Position numbers and translations under genes: made by a program. A stretch of 64,000 bases of DNA from an uncultured Pelagibacteraceae bacterium (GTDB taxonomy: Bacteria > Pseudomonadota > Alphaproteobacteria > Pelagibacterales > Pelagibacteraceae). Location: positions 10,437 through 74,436 of the forward strand of contig CACANS010000001.1 of NCBI GenBank assembly GCA_902533945.1, written 5' to 3'. This document shows, in pieces, positions 20,156-28,710 of the stretch; the stretch's first letter is position 1, and every line of letters begins with the position of its first letter. The notes under the pieces are model-generated. The model had not been told where the DNA came from. It saw only the letters and a list, made by a program, of their open reading frames with translations, and ran no database searches.

Positions 20156-21808
20156 ATGCAAATTGAATTAAGAGATCCAAATATTATCATGAAGTTATCT
20201 AGACTAGGATCATTTCATCAATCTAAAATTTCCTTTCTTAGATCATTTCTTGAAGAATTTAAAAACTGGGAATTTAACAGAGATTTATTTGATCTTGATG
20301 AAAATGGATATGGTGAAGCTGTTTATTCACTAAAAAAAAATAAAAGAATATATTCATTAATATGTTTTGCAAATGCCTTAAGTGATGATGAAAGATCAGA
20401 TAGAGTTATTGCAACTAAGTGGGACGCAGCTTTTGTTTTACATGATGGGATTCCTACTAAGAAAGATATAAGTAGACTTAAAATTAATGTTCCTAAACAA
20501 GAAGTTGGAAGAGTTTCATATAAAGAGCTAACTTTATCTAGAGCAAATAAATCATTAAGAGTATTTAATCATGTTGTAGAAAGTTTAACTAATGGCAAAC
20601 AACCAAACAATAAAATACTGTCGGATGTAGGATATTTATATAGAACCACAGCAGTTTATGGTTCAGGCAAATTCGGATTAGCTGACAGGTTTAGGTTAAA
20701 AAATAGAAACGAAATAAATGGTCCATTTAGATTAGAGATGATGCTTGTTTATTTAATAAGACAATTTACTTTTGATCAAGTTAACCATATTGCTAAATGT
20801 AAAAATCCACAAAAAAGCATTCAGCTTGCTGATAAAGTATCTAGAAGTTTAGGAATAGGGAATTCAACTGGATTAGGAATGGCACCGTTTATAGTCAATC
20901 ATCCTACACTTCTAAATAATTGGATTTTAGCAAGAGAAAAATCATTAAAAAAAATAAGAGAAATAAAGATTGTTGATCACAATGATAAAGAACTTTTTAT
21001 TCGTTGCTTAAATAATTCATTCAAAAATGTTACTACCTGGCAAACAGATAGCGACTTCCAAAGAAAAAAAATAAGTCAGTTAATTAAGGATTTAACTAAA
21101 TTAAATCAATACTTAAAAAATAAATTTGATTTTAACAAAAATTATCCATTTAATGATTTATATTTATGGATAGAAAAAAATCTTAGTGAGGAATGTATAG
21201 AATATACTGTATCAATGATGATGGAACCTTATTCAAAAATAATTAACCCACACATTAAAGAAATGAGTTCTGATGAAGAAAAATATTTTAATATTCCCAC
21301 AGATAGAACAATTTCTGATTTAAGAAATATTTTGGAAACTAAGTATAATGAAATAATAAAAATAGATTTTTCAGAAAAAGAAAATAATCAAAATTTTTGG
21401 TTTATATCAAAAAACAAAGAAGAGCCTAGGATAGCTAATAGATATAAAGAAGAAGGTCACGAACTAGAGCAACCACTAGCAATAGCAAGAGATATAAAAA
21501 AATTATACATAAAGATTTCGAATGAAAAAAATAGTTTAACTATAGGAAATTTTTTAATAAATAATAATGATTTAAGACACGTTGTTAGAAGAGCTTTTAT
21601 AATTGAAAAATTTCCATATGCTGAAATTCAAGACAATATTATTGGTTCAAATTTAGTTCCAATTGATATGTTAAGATTAAAATTATCATTTTTTGGCGCA
21701 ATGAAATTTGATCCAAGATCAGATAAATGGTTGAGAATAACAATGTTTCAAGGAGCACCTCTCGCAAAAGAATTAAATAATTTAGATGAACATTGGATGT
21801 ATAACTAG
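20156..21808 (+). CDS. Conserved hypothetical protein in dipeptidase operon
   Basis: 550-aa ORF abutting the dipeptidase-like gene; conserved-looking blocks RTTAVYGSGKFG and GIGNSTGLGMAPF. Confidence 0.7.
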   Translation: MQIELRDPNIIMKLSRLGSFHQSKISFLRSFLEEFKNWEFNRDLFDLDENGYGEAVYSLKKNKRIYSLICFANALSDDERSDRVIATKWDAAFVLHDGIPTKKDISRLKINVPKQEVGRVSYKELTLSRANKSLRVFNHVVESLTNGKQPNNKILSDVGYLYRTTAVYGSGKFGLADRFRLKNRNEINGPFRLEMMLVYLIRQFTFDQVNHIAKCKNPQKSIQLADKVSRSLGIGNSTGLGMAPFIVNHPTLLNNWILAREKSLKKIREIKIVDHNDKELFIRCLNNSFKNVTTWQTDSDFQRKKISQLIKDLTKLNQYLKNKFDFNKNYPFNDLYLWIEKNLSEECIEYTVSMMMEPYSKIINPHIKEMSSDEEKYFNIPTDRTISDLRNILETKYNEIIKIDFSEKENNQNFWFISKNKEEPRIANRYKEEGHELEQPLAIARDIKKLYIKISNEKNSLTIGNFLINNNDLRHVVRRAFIIEKFPYAEIQDNIIGSNLVPIDMLRLKLSFFGAMKFDPRSDKWLRITMFQGAPLAKELNNLDEHWMYN

Positions 21809-21813
21809 TTTAA

Positions 21814-22425
21814 ATGATATCATTAAGTGAAATAGACACTACTTGCAAAAGAGCAACTAAAGCAATCGGATTTTCTTGGGGCGTAGCTGAAGAAATAGGA
21901 AAAAATATGAGATTACTTGAGATGTTCGGAATTCCTGGGGTTAACAATTTATTGGAATATTTTAATATTTATAAAGAAAATAATTTTAAAAAAACAAGTT
22001 TAATTACAGAAAAAAATTTTTCAGAATCAAAACCTTTCTGTCCAATTGTTTCTGGTTTGAATTTTTTAGATCAAATAAATTCTTTAAATAATTTTAAAGA
22101 AATAAATTTTAAAAATTTTGCATATCCTATAATATTTCTGCCATTTGCAAGTAGAGCTTCTGAAATTATAGGAAAAAGAATTTTTATTAATATGGATGAA
22201 AAAAAATTTATATTAAATTTTAATCAAACTATTTTTACCAATTCAATTAATGATTTCAAAATAGTAATTTGTAACAATTTAAGTATTAATTTTTTGGATA
22301 ATAAAAATACTTTTTCAGAAAAAAAATGGAATGATCTTTATGAATTATCAAAAAAAACATTTGTAGATGAAACAGACAATTTAAAAAAAAATACAGCAGG
22401 AGCTGGATTAACAGATAATGATTAA
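21814..22425 (+). CDS. DUF3726-like protein
   Basis: N-terminus SLSEID..KRA..G.SWG.AEE and C-terminus GAGLTDND. Confidence 0.7.
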   Translation: MISLSEIDTTCKRATKAIGFSWGVAEEIGKNMRLLEMFGIPGVNNLLEYFNIYKENNFKKTSLITEKNFSESKPFCPIVSGLNFLDQINSLNNFKEINFKNFAYPIIFLPFASRASEIIGKRIFINMDEKKFILNFNQTIFTNSINDFKIVICNNLSINFLDNKNTFSEKKWNDLYELSKKTFVDETDNLKKNTAGAGLTDND

Positions 22426-22588
22426 TCTTTTATTTAAAAAAAAAAATAAAAAAAAAATTGACAAAAAAATAGATAATATTTGCGAAGAATGTAACAAAAT
22501 AAATGAAACTGTTTCACAAAATTTAATAATTACTGGGTTTAAAATTTGTAATTCTTGCAGAACTTCTAAAACTATATTCCCAGTTTAA
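22418..22588 (+). CDS. Putative 56-aa C4 zinc-finger protein (CxxC-x18-CxxC)
   Basis: Manual translation MINLLFKKKNKKKIDKKIDNICEECNKINETVSQNLIITGFKICNSCRTSKTIFPV; start overlaps the upstream stop and the ORF fills the gap. Confidence 0.6.
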   Translation: MINLLFKKKNKKKIDKKIDNICEECNKINETVSQNLIITGFKICNSCRTSKTIFPV

Positions 22589-23130
22589 GTTATATTACTT
22601 ATTGGCAAAGCATTCATCCTACTCATTACAAATGAAACTGATAAAAAAGCTATAATTAAAAAAGATAAAAATACTATTCCAAAAGATTTGAGGCTAGATT
22701 TTAAATTTAAAGCTTGTTTTGTTGAAATTATTAGGGAAGCAAAAATCCATAATTGAGTTAGAAAAATTATTGGCACAACGAGTTCAGGAGTTACAGCAAA
22801 AAATCTAATCAAACCTGGTGCGTGCGCATATCCAACTGTTATAAGCACTTTTTTAAAAGGCATTTTACTTTCCTTATCTGGAAATATTTTTACTCCAATT
22901 ACATAGATTAATATTGACCAAACAAACCAAGTTAAAATTGCTGTAAGACCTGAAATTCCTATTGCAGTTTTTATAATTGTGTTTGCAGCCACAGCTCCTG
23001 CGACACCATCTAAAATCATTATTAATCCAGCAAAATATATTCCTGCTTCACCAAAGTATTTACTTTCTTTGTATAATGATTTGTCTAATTTTAGAGATCT
23101 AACAATTATATTTAAAAATTCACCAAACAT
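22585..23130 (-). CDS. Yip1-domain-like membrane protein
   Basis: About five TM helices; GYAHAPG motif. Confidence 0.65.
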   Translation of the reverse strand: MFGEFLNIIVRSLKLDKSLYKESKYFGEAGIYFAGLIMILDGVAGAVAANTIIKTAIGISGLTAILTWFVWSILIYVIGVKIFPDKESKMPFKKVLITVGYAHAPGLIRFFAVTPELVVPIIFLTQLWIFASLIISTKQALNLKSSLKSFGIVFLSFLIIAFLSVSFVMSRMNALPISNIT

Positions 23131-23202
23131 TATTAATTAATGAAATTTATACTAATCTCAAAGACATTGCTATTCTAATTTCTATACAAAATAATTTTAT
23201 TT

Positions 23203-23222
23203 GGGAGAGTTATTGCTCTCCC
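23203..23222 (-). terminator. Hairpin downstream of the GcvT-family gene
   Basis: GGGAGAG-TTATTG-CTCTCCC. Confidence 0.5.
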
Positions 23223-23229
23223 TATAAAA

Positions 23230-24588
23230 TTATCCTTTTACAACTTCTCTAGTATTTGCGTTGTAAGATTCTTTAAATGGTATATCAACTACCACTGCAT
23301 CAACAGGAACTCCTGGGCTATCTGAATACTTTTCAGGTAAGTGTATTTTATATTTAGTTCCAACTTTACCTTTTGGAAAACCGTTAGAATTTAATGTTCC
23401 ATCAAAAGGAACATAACCCATAGCTATATTTTTTTTCTTCTCTGGATGATACCAAGGCGAAGTTACAAACCCAACTGGGTCTCCGCCATCATCATTTGAA
23501 ATTAACCAAAAATCTGGAGCATAATCTTCAATTGGTTTTCCTCCGAGTTCAAATCCAACTAACTGAAGTTTATATGGTTTTTTGCCAGCTTTAATTTCAG
23601 CGCCCATTTTTTCTAAAGCTTTTTTACCTACATAATCAGTTTTTTTATTCCATTCACCTTTACCTGATAAAGAAACTTGATAACCTAAATTACATTGGAA
23701 AGGATTATGTTGTTGATCCATATCTTGTCCCCAAGAAAGAATTCCAGCTTGTATTCTTCTATGGTGAGCAGGAGCAATAACCATTAACTTATGTTTTTTA
23801 CCTGCTTCTAGAACTGCGTTCCACATGTCGTCAGCATATAAAGTTGCATTTCTTAAATATATTTCATACCCAGCTTCTCCTGAGAAACCAGATTGAGAGA
23901 TAACACAACTTCTTCCAGCAACTTCAACTTCTGCCAAGCCATAGAAAGGCATATTATCTAAATCAACTTGATCACCAAGCAAATCTTTCATTAGTGCTTT
24001 TGATTTCGGACCTTGGATTTGTACTGGACAGGCATCAATTTCTTCAACAGTACAATTAAATCTTCCATCTGCATTGACACCCTGAAGGTACATACCAATA
24101 TCAGAGTCCGATAAAGAAAACCAAAATTCATCTTTTGAAATTCTAAGAAGAATTGGATCATTTAAAACTCCACCATAAGCATTACATAAAATTACATATC
24201 TTGCTCTCATTGGAGAAATTTTAGTTGCGTCTCTTGTTATTACATAATCAGTAAATTTTTCTGCATCTGGACCTTTAACTCTTATTTGTCTTTCAACAGC
24301 TACGTTCCACATAGTAACATGATTTACTATTGCATCATATTCTACCATTGCTCCACCATCTTCTGGTTTAACATAACCTCTTGGATGGTAAATTCTGTTG
24401 TAAACTGTTGCTCTCCAACAACCAGCTTTCATAGATAAGTGCCAGTAAGGTGATTTTCTTACTCTTGTTGAAATTAACATTTCAACTTTAGTAGGACCAC
24501 TCTGTCTTAAATTGTACGGAACTTCACGATCAGATTGATCAACTGAAGTTGCATGTTTTAGTTTTGTATAGTCAAATTCATTAGACAT
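23230..24588 (-). CDS. GcvT/DmdA-family THF-dependent aminomethyltransferase or demethylase
   Basis: WNVAVERQI, GGVLNDPIL, SGFSGEAGYEIY, RRIQAGILSWG. Confidence 0.85.
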   Translation of the reverse strand: MSNEFDYTKLKHATSVDQSDREVPYNLRQSGPTKVEMLISTRVRKSPYWHLSMKAGCWRATVYNRIYHPRGYVKPEDGGAMVEYDAIVNHVTMWNVAVERQIRVKGPDAEKFTDYVITRDATKISPMRARYVILCNAYGGVLNDPILLRISKDEFWFSLSDSDIGMYLQGVNADGRFNCTVEEIDACPVQIQGPKSKALMKDLLGDQVDLDNMPFYGLAEVEVAGRSCVISQSGFSGEAGYEIYLRNATLYADDMWNAVLEAGKKHKLMVIAPAHHRRIQAGILSWGQDMDQQHNPFQCNLGYQVSLSGKGEWNKKTDYVGKKALEKMGAEIKAGKKPYKLQLVGFELGGKPIEDYAPDFWLISNDDGGDPVGFVTSPWYHPEKKKNIAMGYVPFDGTLNSNGFPKGKVGTKYKIHLPEKYSDSPGVPVDAVVVDIPFKESYNANTREVVKG

Positions 24589-25309
24589 ATTTGTTCTCCA
24601 TCAACCACTTGTTAGTTTCCTTCAAGCCGCCGAATGTATAAATATGGAAGAAATCAGTATGCGATTTAACTTTCCCTATTAAATCATTTGGGTCTCTAGG
24701 TTTCATTAAATCTAAAGCTTTAGTAAAATTAGATTTAAGAAAATTTAAGGAATTTTTTGCCCCAACTATATTAGCAAATTTAATTAAGCTAGTTATTTTT
24801 AGTGGCCCAGTAATCCCAACATGAACTGGAACTGATTGTTTAGAAATAAAATCTATGATTAGCTGAGGATTCAATAACCATTGAGTTACTATATAGTCAG
24901 CATAAGGCTTTTTATCATTCATAGCTTTTTCTAAATTTGAATCGGATATATCAGGACTCCCCTCTGGATGTCCAGCAATTCCTATCTTCATTTGCTCAAA
25001 ATAACCTGTCTCTAAAAGTTGAATTGAGCTATCAAATTTCCCAATTGGATCTCTACTTCCTCCGATAACAAGAGCTTGCTTCACACCCCCATCTTTACAT
25101 CTAGATACATATTCTTTAAGTTGAGTTTCACTCTCAATAGATCTAGCTGGAAAATGAGGTATTGGATTAAAGCCTTTTTCAACAAGCTTAATAGCTTGAT
25201 CAGCAGTGTCTTTAAAGTCGCCACCAGGAAGCATCGTTATGTATACATCTTTTAATGCTGGTAAAGTATCTAAGTCAGTTTTCGGACTAATTTCCAAAGA
25301 AAAATTCAT
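24581..25309 (-). CDS. metF: Methylenetetrahydrofolate reductase-like protein
   Basis: PHFPAR, AGHPEG, IVTQW, HIYTFGG; overlaps the demethylase start. Confidence 0.75.
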   Translation of the reverse strand: MNFSLEISPKTDLDTLPALKDVYITMLPGGDFKDTADQAIKLVEKGFNPIPHFPARSIESETQLKEYVSRCKDGGVKQALVIGGSRDPIGKFDSSIQLLETGYFEQMKIGIAGHPEGSPDISDSNLEKAMNDKKPYADYIVTQWLLNPQLIIDFISKQSVPVHVGITGPLKITSLIKFANIVGAKNSLNFLKSNFTKALDLMKPRDPNDLIGKVKSHTDFFHIYTFGGLKETNKWLMENKYV

Positions 25310-25374
25310 TAGAGGATATTTATGTATTTTGAAATAACTGTCTATAAAAATCTAACCTTATGCGCCAAAGAATA

Positions 25375-26259
25375 CTATCTCTTAATTCCTCTGTGCTTTT
25401 GTATTCTTCGACCGTACTCTTGAGTGATTCTATCAAAGATTATAGCCAAAGCTACAATAGCTAAACCATTGAATAACCCTAGGGCTAAATACTGGTTTGA
25501 TATAGCTCTTAAAATAGGAACACCTAAACCTTTAACACCAATCATAGATGCTATGACAACCATAGCTAAAGCCATCATAATTGTTTGGTTAACACCGGCA
25601 AAAACAGTTGGTAGAGCCAAAGGTATTTGTACAGTTCTTAGTTTTTGTATTTTAGTTGCACCAAAAGCTTCACTAGCTTCTATTGTTTCTTTATCAACTT
25701 CTCTTATTCCTAAATTTGTTAACCTGATAACAGGTGGGATTGCATATATGCAAACAGCAATTAAACCAGGAATTTTTCCTATACCAAGTAACATTAAAAT
25801 TGGAATTAAATAGACAAAACTAGGAATAGTTTGCATCATGTCTAGGACAGGAAGCATTGCTCTTTCAAACCTGTTAGATCTTGCCATTAATACTCCCAAA
25901 GGTATTCCAACAGCTATACACATAATTGTACATACAGTTATAATTGCTACTGTTGCCATACAATCTTTCCACATACCAAAGTATCCAATCAACATAAAAG
26001 CAACCATACTTCCAATTACAAGTTTCCAACTTCTTGAACCTAGCCAAGCTAATGTACCAAGTACCAATAGTATTATTGGCCAAGGTGTAGCTAATAATAG
26101 TTTTTCTAATCTTATTAAAAAAAATAATAATGGATCAAAAAAAGCCTCTATACTATCACCATAAGCTCTAGAAAATTCTCTAAACGTATGATCAATCCCT
26201 TTTCTTAATTCCATTAGGGAAGTACGTTCCATCACGGGAAATTTTGTTAAAAATTCCAT
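25375..26259 (-). CDS. proW: Glycine betaine/proline ABC transporter permease
   Basis: PVLDMMQTIPSFVYLIP, QIPLALP, MVVIASMIG. Confidence 0.9.
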   Translation of the reverse strand: MEFLTKFPVMERTSLMELRKGIDHTFREFSRAYGDSIEAFFDPLLFFLIRLEKLLLATPWPIILLVLGTLAWLGSRSWKLVIGSMVAFMLIGYFGMWKDCMATVAIITVCTIMCIAVGIPLGVLMARSNRFERAMLPVLDMMQTIPSFVYLIPILMLLGIGKIPGLIAVCIYAIPPVIRLTNLGIREVDKETIEASEAFGATKIQKLRTVQIPLALPTVFAGVNQTIMMALAMVVIASMIGVKGLGVPILRAISNQYLALGLFNGLAIVALAIIFDRITQEYGRRIQKHRGIKR

Positions 26260-26276
26260 ATAATTCCAAAAAAAAA

Positions 26277-26308
26277 TTAACGAGCCTATTTAATTATAGG
26301 CTCGTTAA
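26277..26308 (-). terminator. Rho-independent terminator/attenuator between proX and proW
   Basis: 13-bp stem TTAACGAGCCTAT/ATAGGCTCGTTAA followed by a T9 run on the minus strand. Confidence 0.8.
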
Positions 26309-26320
26309 ATAAATTATATT

Positions 26321-27340
26321 TTAAAGACCAGCTTTGATTTTTTTAGCAGCTGCTGAAGATACCCATTTACTCCAAACACCTTCATGCTGTTTTAAAAATT
26401 CAACTGCTGCATCTGAACCTTTAGCTTGATTATCTGCCATGTATACAAGCATTCCATTCATTACATCGCCTGGGTAAGTACGTTTTTCAACATAACTTAA
26501 AGCATCTTTTCCACCAGTTTTAGCAAAGTTTGCTGTGACGATAGAATTAACTTCAGATTTTGTCCAAGCAGTCGGTTTTGGAGCCGCACAATCTTGTTCA
26601 GCAAGAGTTATACAGTTATCCCAGTTATCTCTTCCAGCAAATGGAACTCCAAAATCAACTGCGATTAAACCATATTTACCAACCATTGATGTGGGGTTCC
26701 AATAGTAACCAAACCAAGGATTTCCTGAGTCTGCTGCTTTAGATATTGTACCATCTAAACCTGCTGCAGAACCTGGATCAATTAGTACCCATCCTTTTTT
26801 TTCCATTTCAAAAGCTCTGTAAAGGTTTGCATTAGCTAATTGACATCCCCATCCTGCAGGACAACCAACAAAAGCTCCTTTTGAAGGATCTTCTTTTGAT
26901 GGAAACCACTCTGGATGTTCTAAAATTTCCATTGCAGTCATGCCTTTTATTTTAGGATGCTTCTTAATAGTTCCTGGAGTTATCCACCAACCTTCACCAA
27001 GACCGGTAATAGGTGCTCCATTTGCAATGATTAGTCTTTTTTCTGAAACAGCTTTTTTTAAAGGTGTGTAAACAGCGTTAGCCCATTGTTCAGGGTTCAT
27101 GTCTGGTTCACCTTTTTCATCCATTGAAGTAAAAGTTGGCATAGTAGCACCCGGTATAAGTTCTACCTCACAACCATATCCTTTTTCTAAAATGATTTTG
27201 TCAACATTGGCCATTAATTCAGCCGATGCCCAGTTTTGTTCAGCAATTACTAATTTTCCGCATCCAGCATTTGCTATCCCACTTAAAGAAGTGAAACCAA
27301 ACAAAACTAGAGCAGAAATAAGTATTTTTTTTATTTTCAT
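26321..27340 (-). CDS. proX: ProX/OpuAC-family betaine ABC transporter substrate-binding protein
   Basis: Signal peptide, NWASA, GYGCEVE, GCPAGWGC, YYWNP. Confidence 0.85.
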   Translation of the reverse strand: MKIKKILISALVLFGFTSLSGIANAGCGKLVIAEQNWASAELMANVDKIILEKGYGCEVELIPGATMPTFTSMDEKGEPDMNPEQWANAVYTPLKKAVSEKRLIIANGAPITGLGEGWWITPGTIKKHPKIKGMTAMEILEHPEWFPSKEDPSKGAFVGCPAGWGCQLANANLYRAFEMEKKGWVLIDPGSAAGLDGTISKAADSGNPWFGYYWNPTSMVGKYGLIAVDFGVPFAGRDNWDNCITLAEQDCAAPKPTAWTKSEVNSIVTANFAKTGGKDALSYVEKRTYPGDVMNGMLVYMADNQAKGSDAAVEFLKQHEGVWSKWVSSAAAKKIKAGL

Positions 27341-27437
27341 TTATTTATCTCCTCATTAATTAATTAATTAATTTAATAATTCATCAAAACACATAGAATA
27401 AAAAAAAGCAAATGTGCTTCAACTTCTAGTTGTAGAT

Positions 27438-27475
27438 AAAATGTTTTTGCAAACATTTTTATTAAGATATAAATT
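27438..27475 (+). promoter_or_regulatory. Sigma70-like promoter (TTGCAA-N17-TAAATT) overlapped by a 9-4-9 inverted repeat
   Basis: AAAATGTTT-TTGC-AAACATTTT at 27438-27459; -35 at 27447-27452; -10 at 27470-27475. Confidence 0.5.
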
Positions 27476-27481
27476 TAAATT

Positions 27482-27604
27482 ATGTCCAACGGGGCACAAA
27501 AATTTATAAAAGAGTATTTGGTGGTCGGATATTCAAGATTTGACCATATATATTTGAATAGGTTTTATTATCACATTCATTCAAACTCTTTCCAGAGTCA
27601 GTAA
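27482..27604 (+). other. 40-codon upstream ORF and/or structured leader RNA ahead of bhmT
   Basis: MSNGAQKFIKEYLVVGYSRFDHIYLNRFYYHIHSNSFQSQ; overlapping hairpin and pseudoknot pairings. Confidence 0.4.
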
Positions 27605-27654
27605 ATTTTTTTCTTTAATAAAAAATAAATCAAAAAAATTAAAAAGGAGAATTT

Positions 27655-28701
27655 ATGAAAAAAGATTTAATAACAAGGCTAAATGAAGGGCCTGTTCTTT
27701 GTGCAGAAGGATATCTGTTTGCTATGGAAAGAAGAGGATACTTACAAGCAGGAGCATTTGTTCCTGAAGTAGTTTTAGAACATCCTGAAGTATTATCCCA
27801 ATTACATAGAGAATTTATAAGATCAGGATCAGATGTGATTCAAGCTTTTACTTATTATGGACATCGAGAAAAGTTAAGAATAATTGGAAAGGAACAATTG
27901 CTTGAACCACTTCAAAAAAATGCATTGCAAATCGCAAAAGATTCCAAAGAAGAGTTTAAAGATTTGGATTTGATGGTGTGTGGAGATATTGCTAACACAA
28001 ATGTTTACGATCCAAAAGATAAAAAAAGCAATATTGAGTGTCAAAAAATGTTTGAAGAGCAAGTAGCTTGGGCTAAAGAGGCGGGTGTTGATTTTATAGT
28101 AGCAGAGACAATTACTTGGGTAGAAGAAATGAAAATTGCTCTCAAAGCTATAAAGGATGCGGGTCTAATAGCCGTTTGTAATTATGCATTTAGACGAGAT
28201 GGAAAAACAAGAGATGGCTACTCTCCAGGTGATGCATGTAAAATTCTCGAAGACAATGGTGCCGATGTTGTTGGATTAAATTGTTTTAGAGGTCCAAAAA
28301 TGACAATGAAACTTTTGCCAGAAATTAGAAAAGCTGTTTCTTGTCATGTCGCAGCACTTCCAGTTCCATATCGAACTACTGAAAAAGATCCAGGATTTTT
28401 AAATCAAACTGATGAAGGTTGTGATTGTATTCCAGGTGGAAATGCATTCCCTGTCGCGCTAGATAATTTATATTGCAATCGATTTGAAATGGCAGAGTTT
28501 GCAAAAGAATGTGCAGAAAAAAAAATAAACTTTATTGGAATATGTTGTGGTGCTGAACCTCACCATGTTAGAGAAATGGCTGTTGCCTTAGGTCGAAAAC
28601 CTATTTCTTACAAATATTATCCTGACATGTCCAAACATTACGCACATGGAACTGACAAAACTTTAAAAAAACATAATACTGACGCAGCAAAAACTTTATA
28701 A
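27655..28701 (+). CDS. bhmT: Betaine-homocysteine S-methyltransferase
   Basis: EGYLFAMERRGY, QAFTYY, GLNC and ICC zinc ligands. Confidence 0.9.
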   Translation: MKKDLITRLNEGPVLCAEGYLFAMERRGYLQAGAFVPEVVLEHPEVLSQLHREFIRSGSDVIQAFTYYGHREKLRIIGKEQLLEPLQKNALQIAKDSKEEFKDLDLMVCGDIANTNVYDPKDKKSNIECQKMFEEQVAWAKEAGVDFIVAETITWVEEMKIALKAIKDAGLIAVCNYAFRRDGKTRDGYSPGDACKILEDNGADVVGLNCFRGPKMTMKLLPEIRKAVSCHVAALPVPYRTTEKDPGFLNQTDEGCDCIPGGNAFPVALDNLYCNRFEMAEFAKECAEKKINFIGICCGAEPHHVREMAVALGRKPISYKYYPDMSKHYAHGTDKTLKKHNTDAAKTL

Positions 28702-28710
28702 GAAAAAATT

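Noticed and set aside
23230-24588. Calling the GcvT-family gene dmdA or gcvT
   Set aside because: At 452 aa with a long N-terminal extension it is longer than typical DmdA/GcvT, and no gcvH/gcvP is nearby; substrate left unassigned
27356-27380. (TAAT)n run upstream of the proX SD
   Set aside because: Short low-complexity AT tract with no evidence for phase variation
27341-27654. SAM-II/SAM-V or THF riboswitch upstream of bhmT
   Set aside because: Consensus elements of these classes are not recognisable by eye; reported as an unknown leader instead
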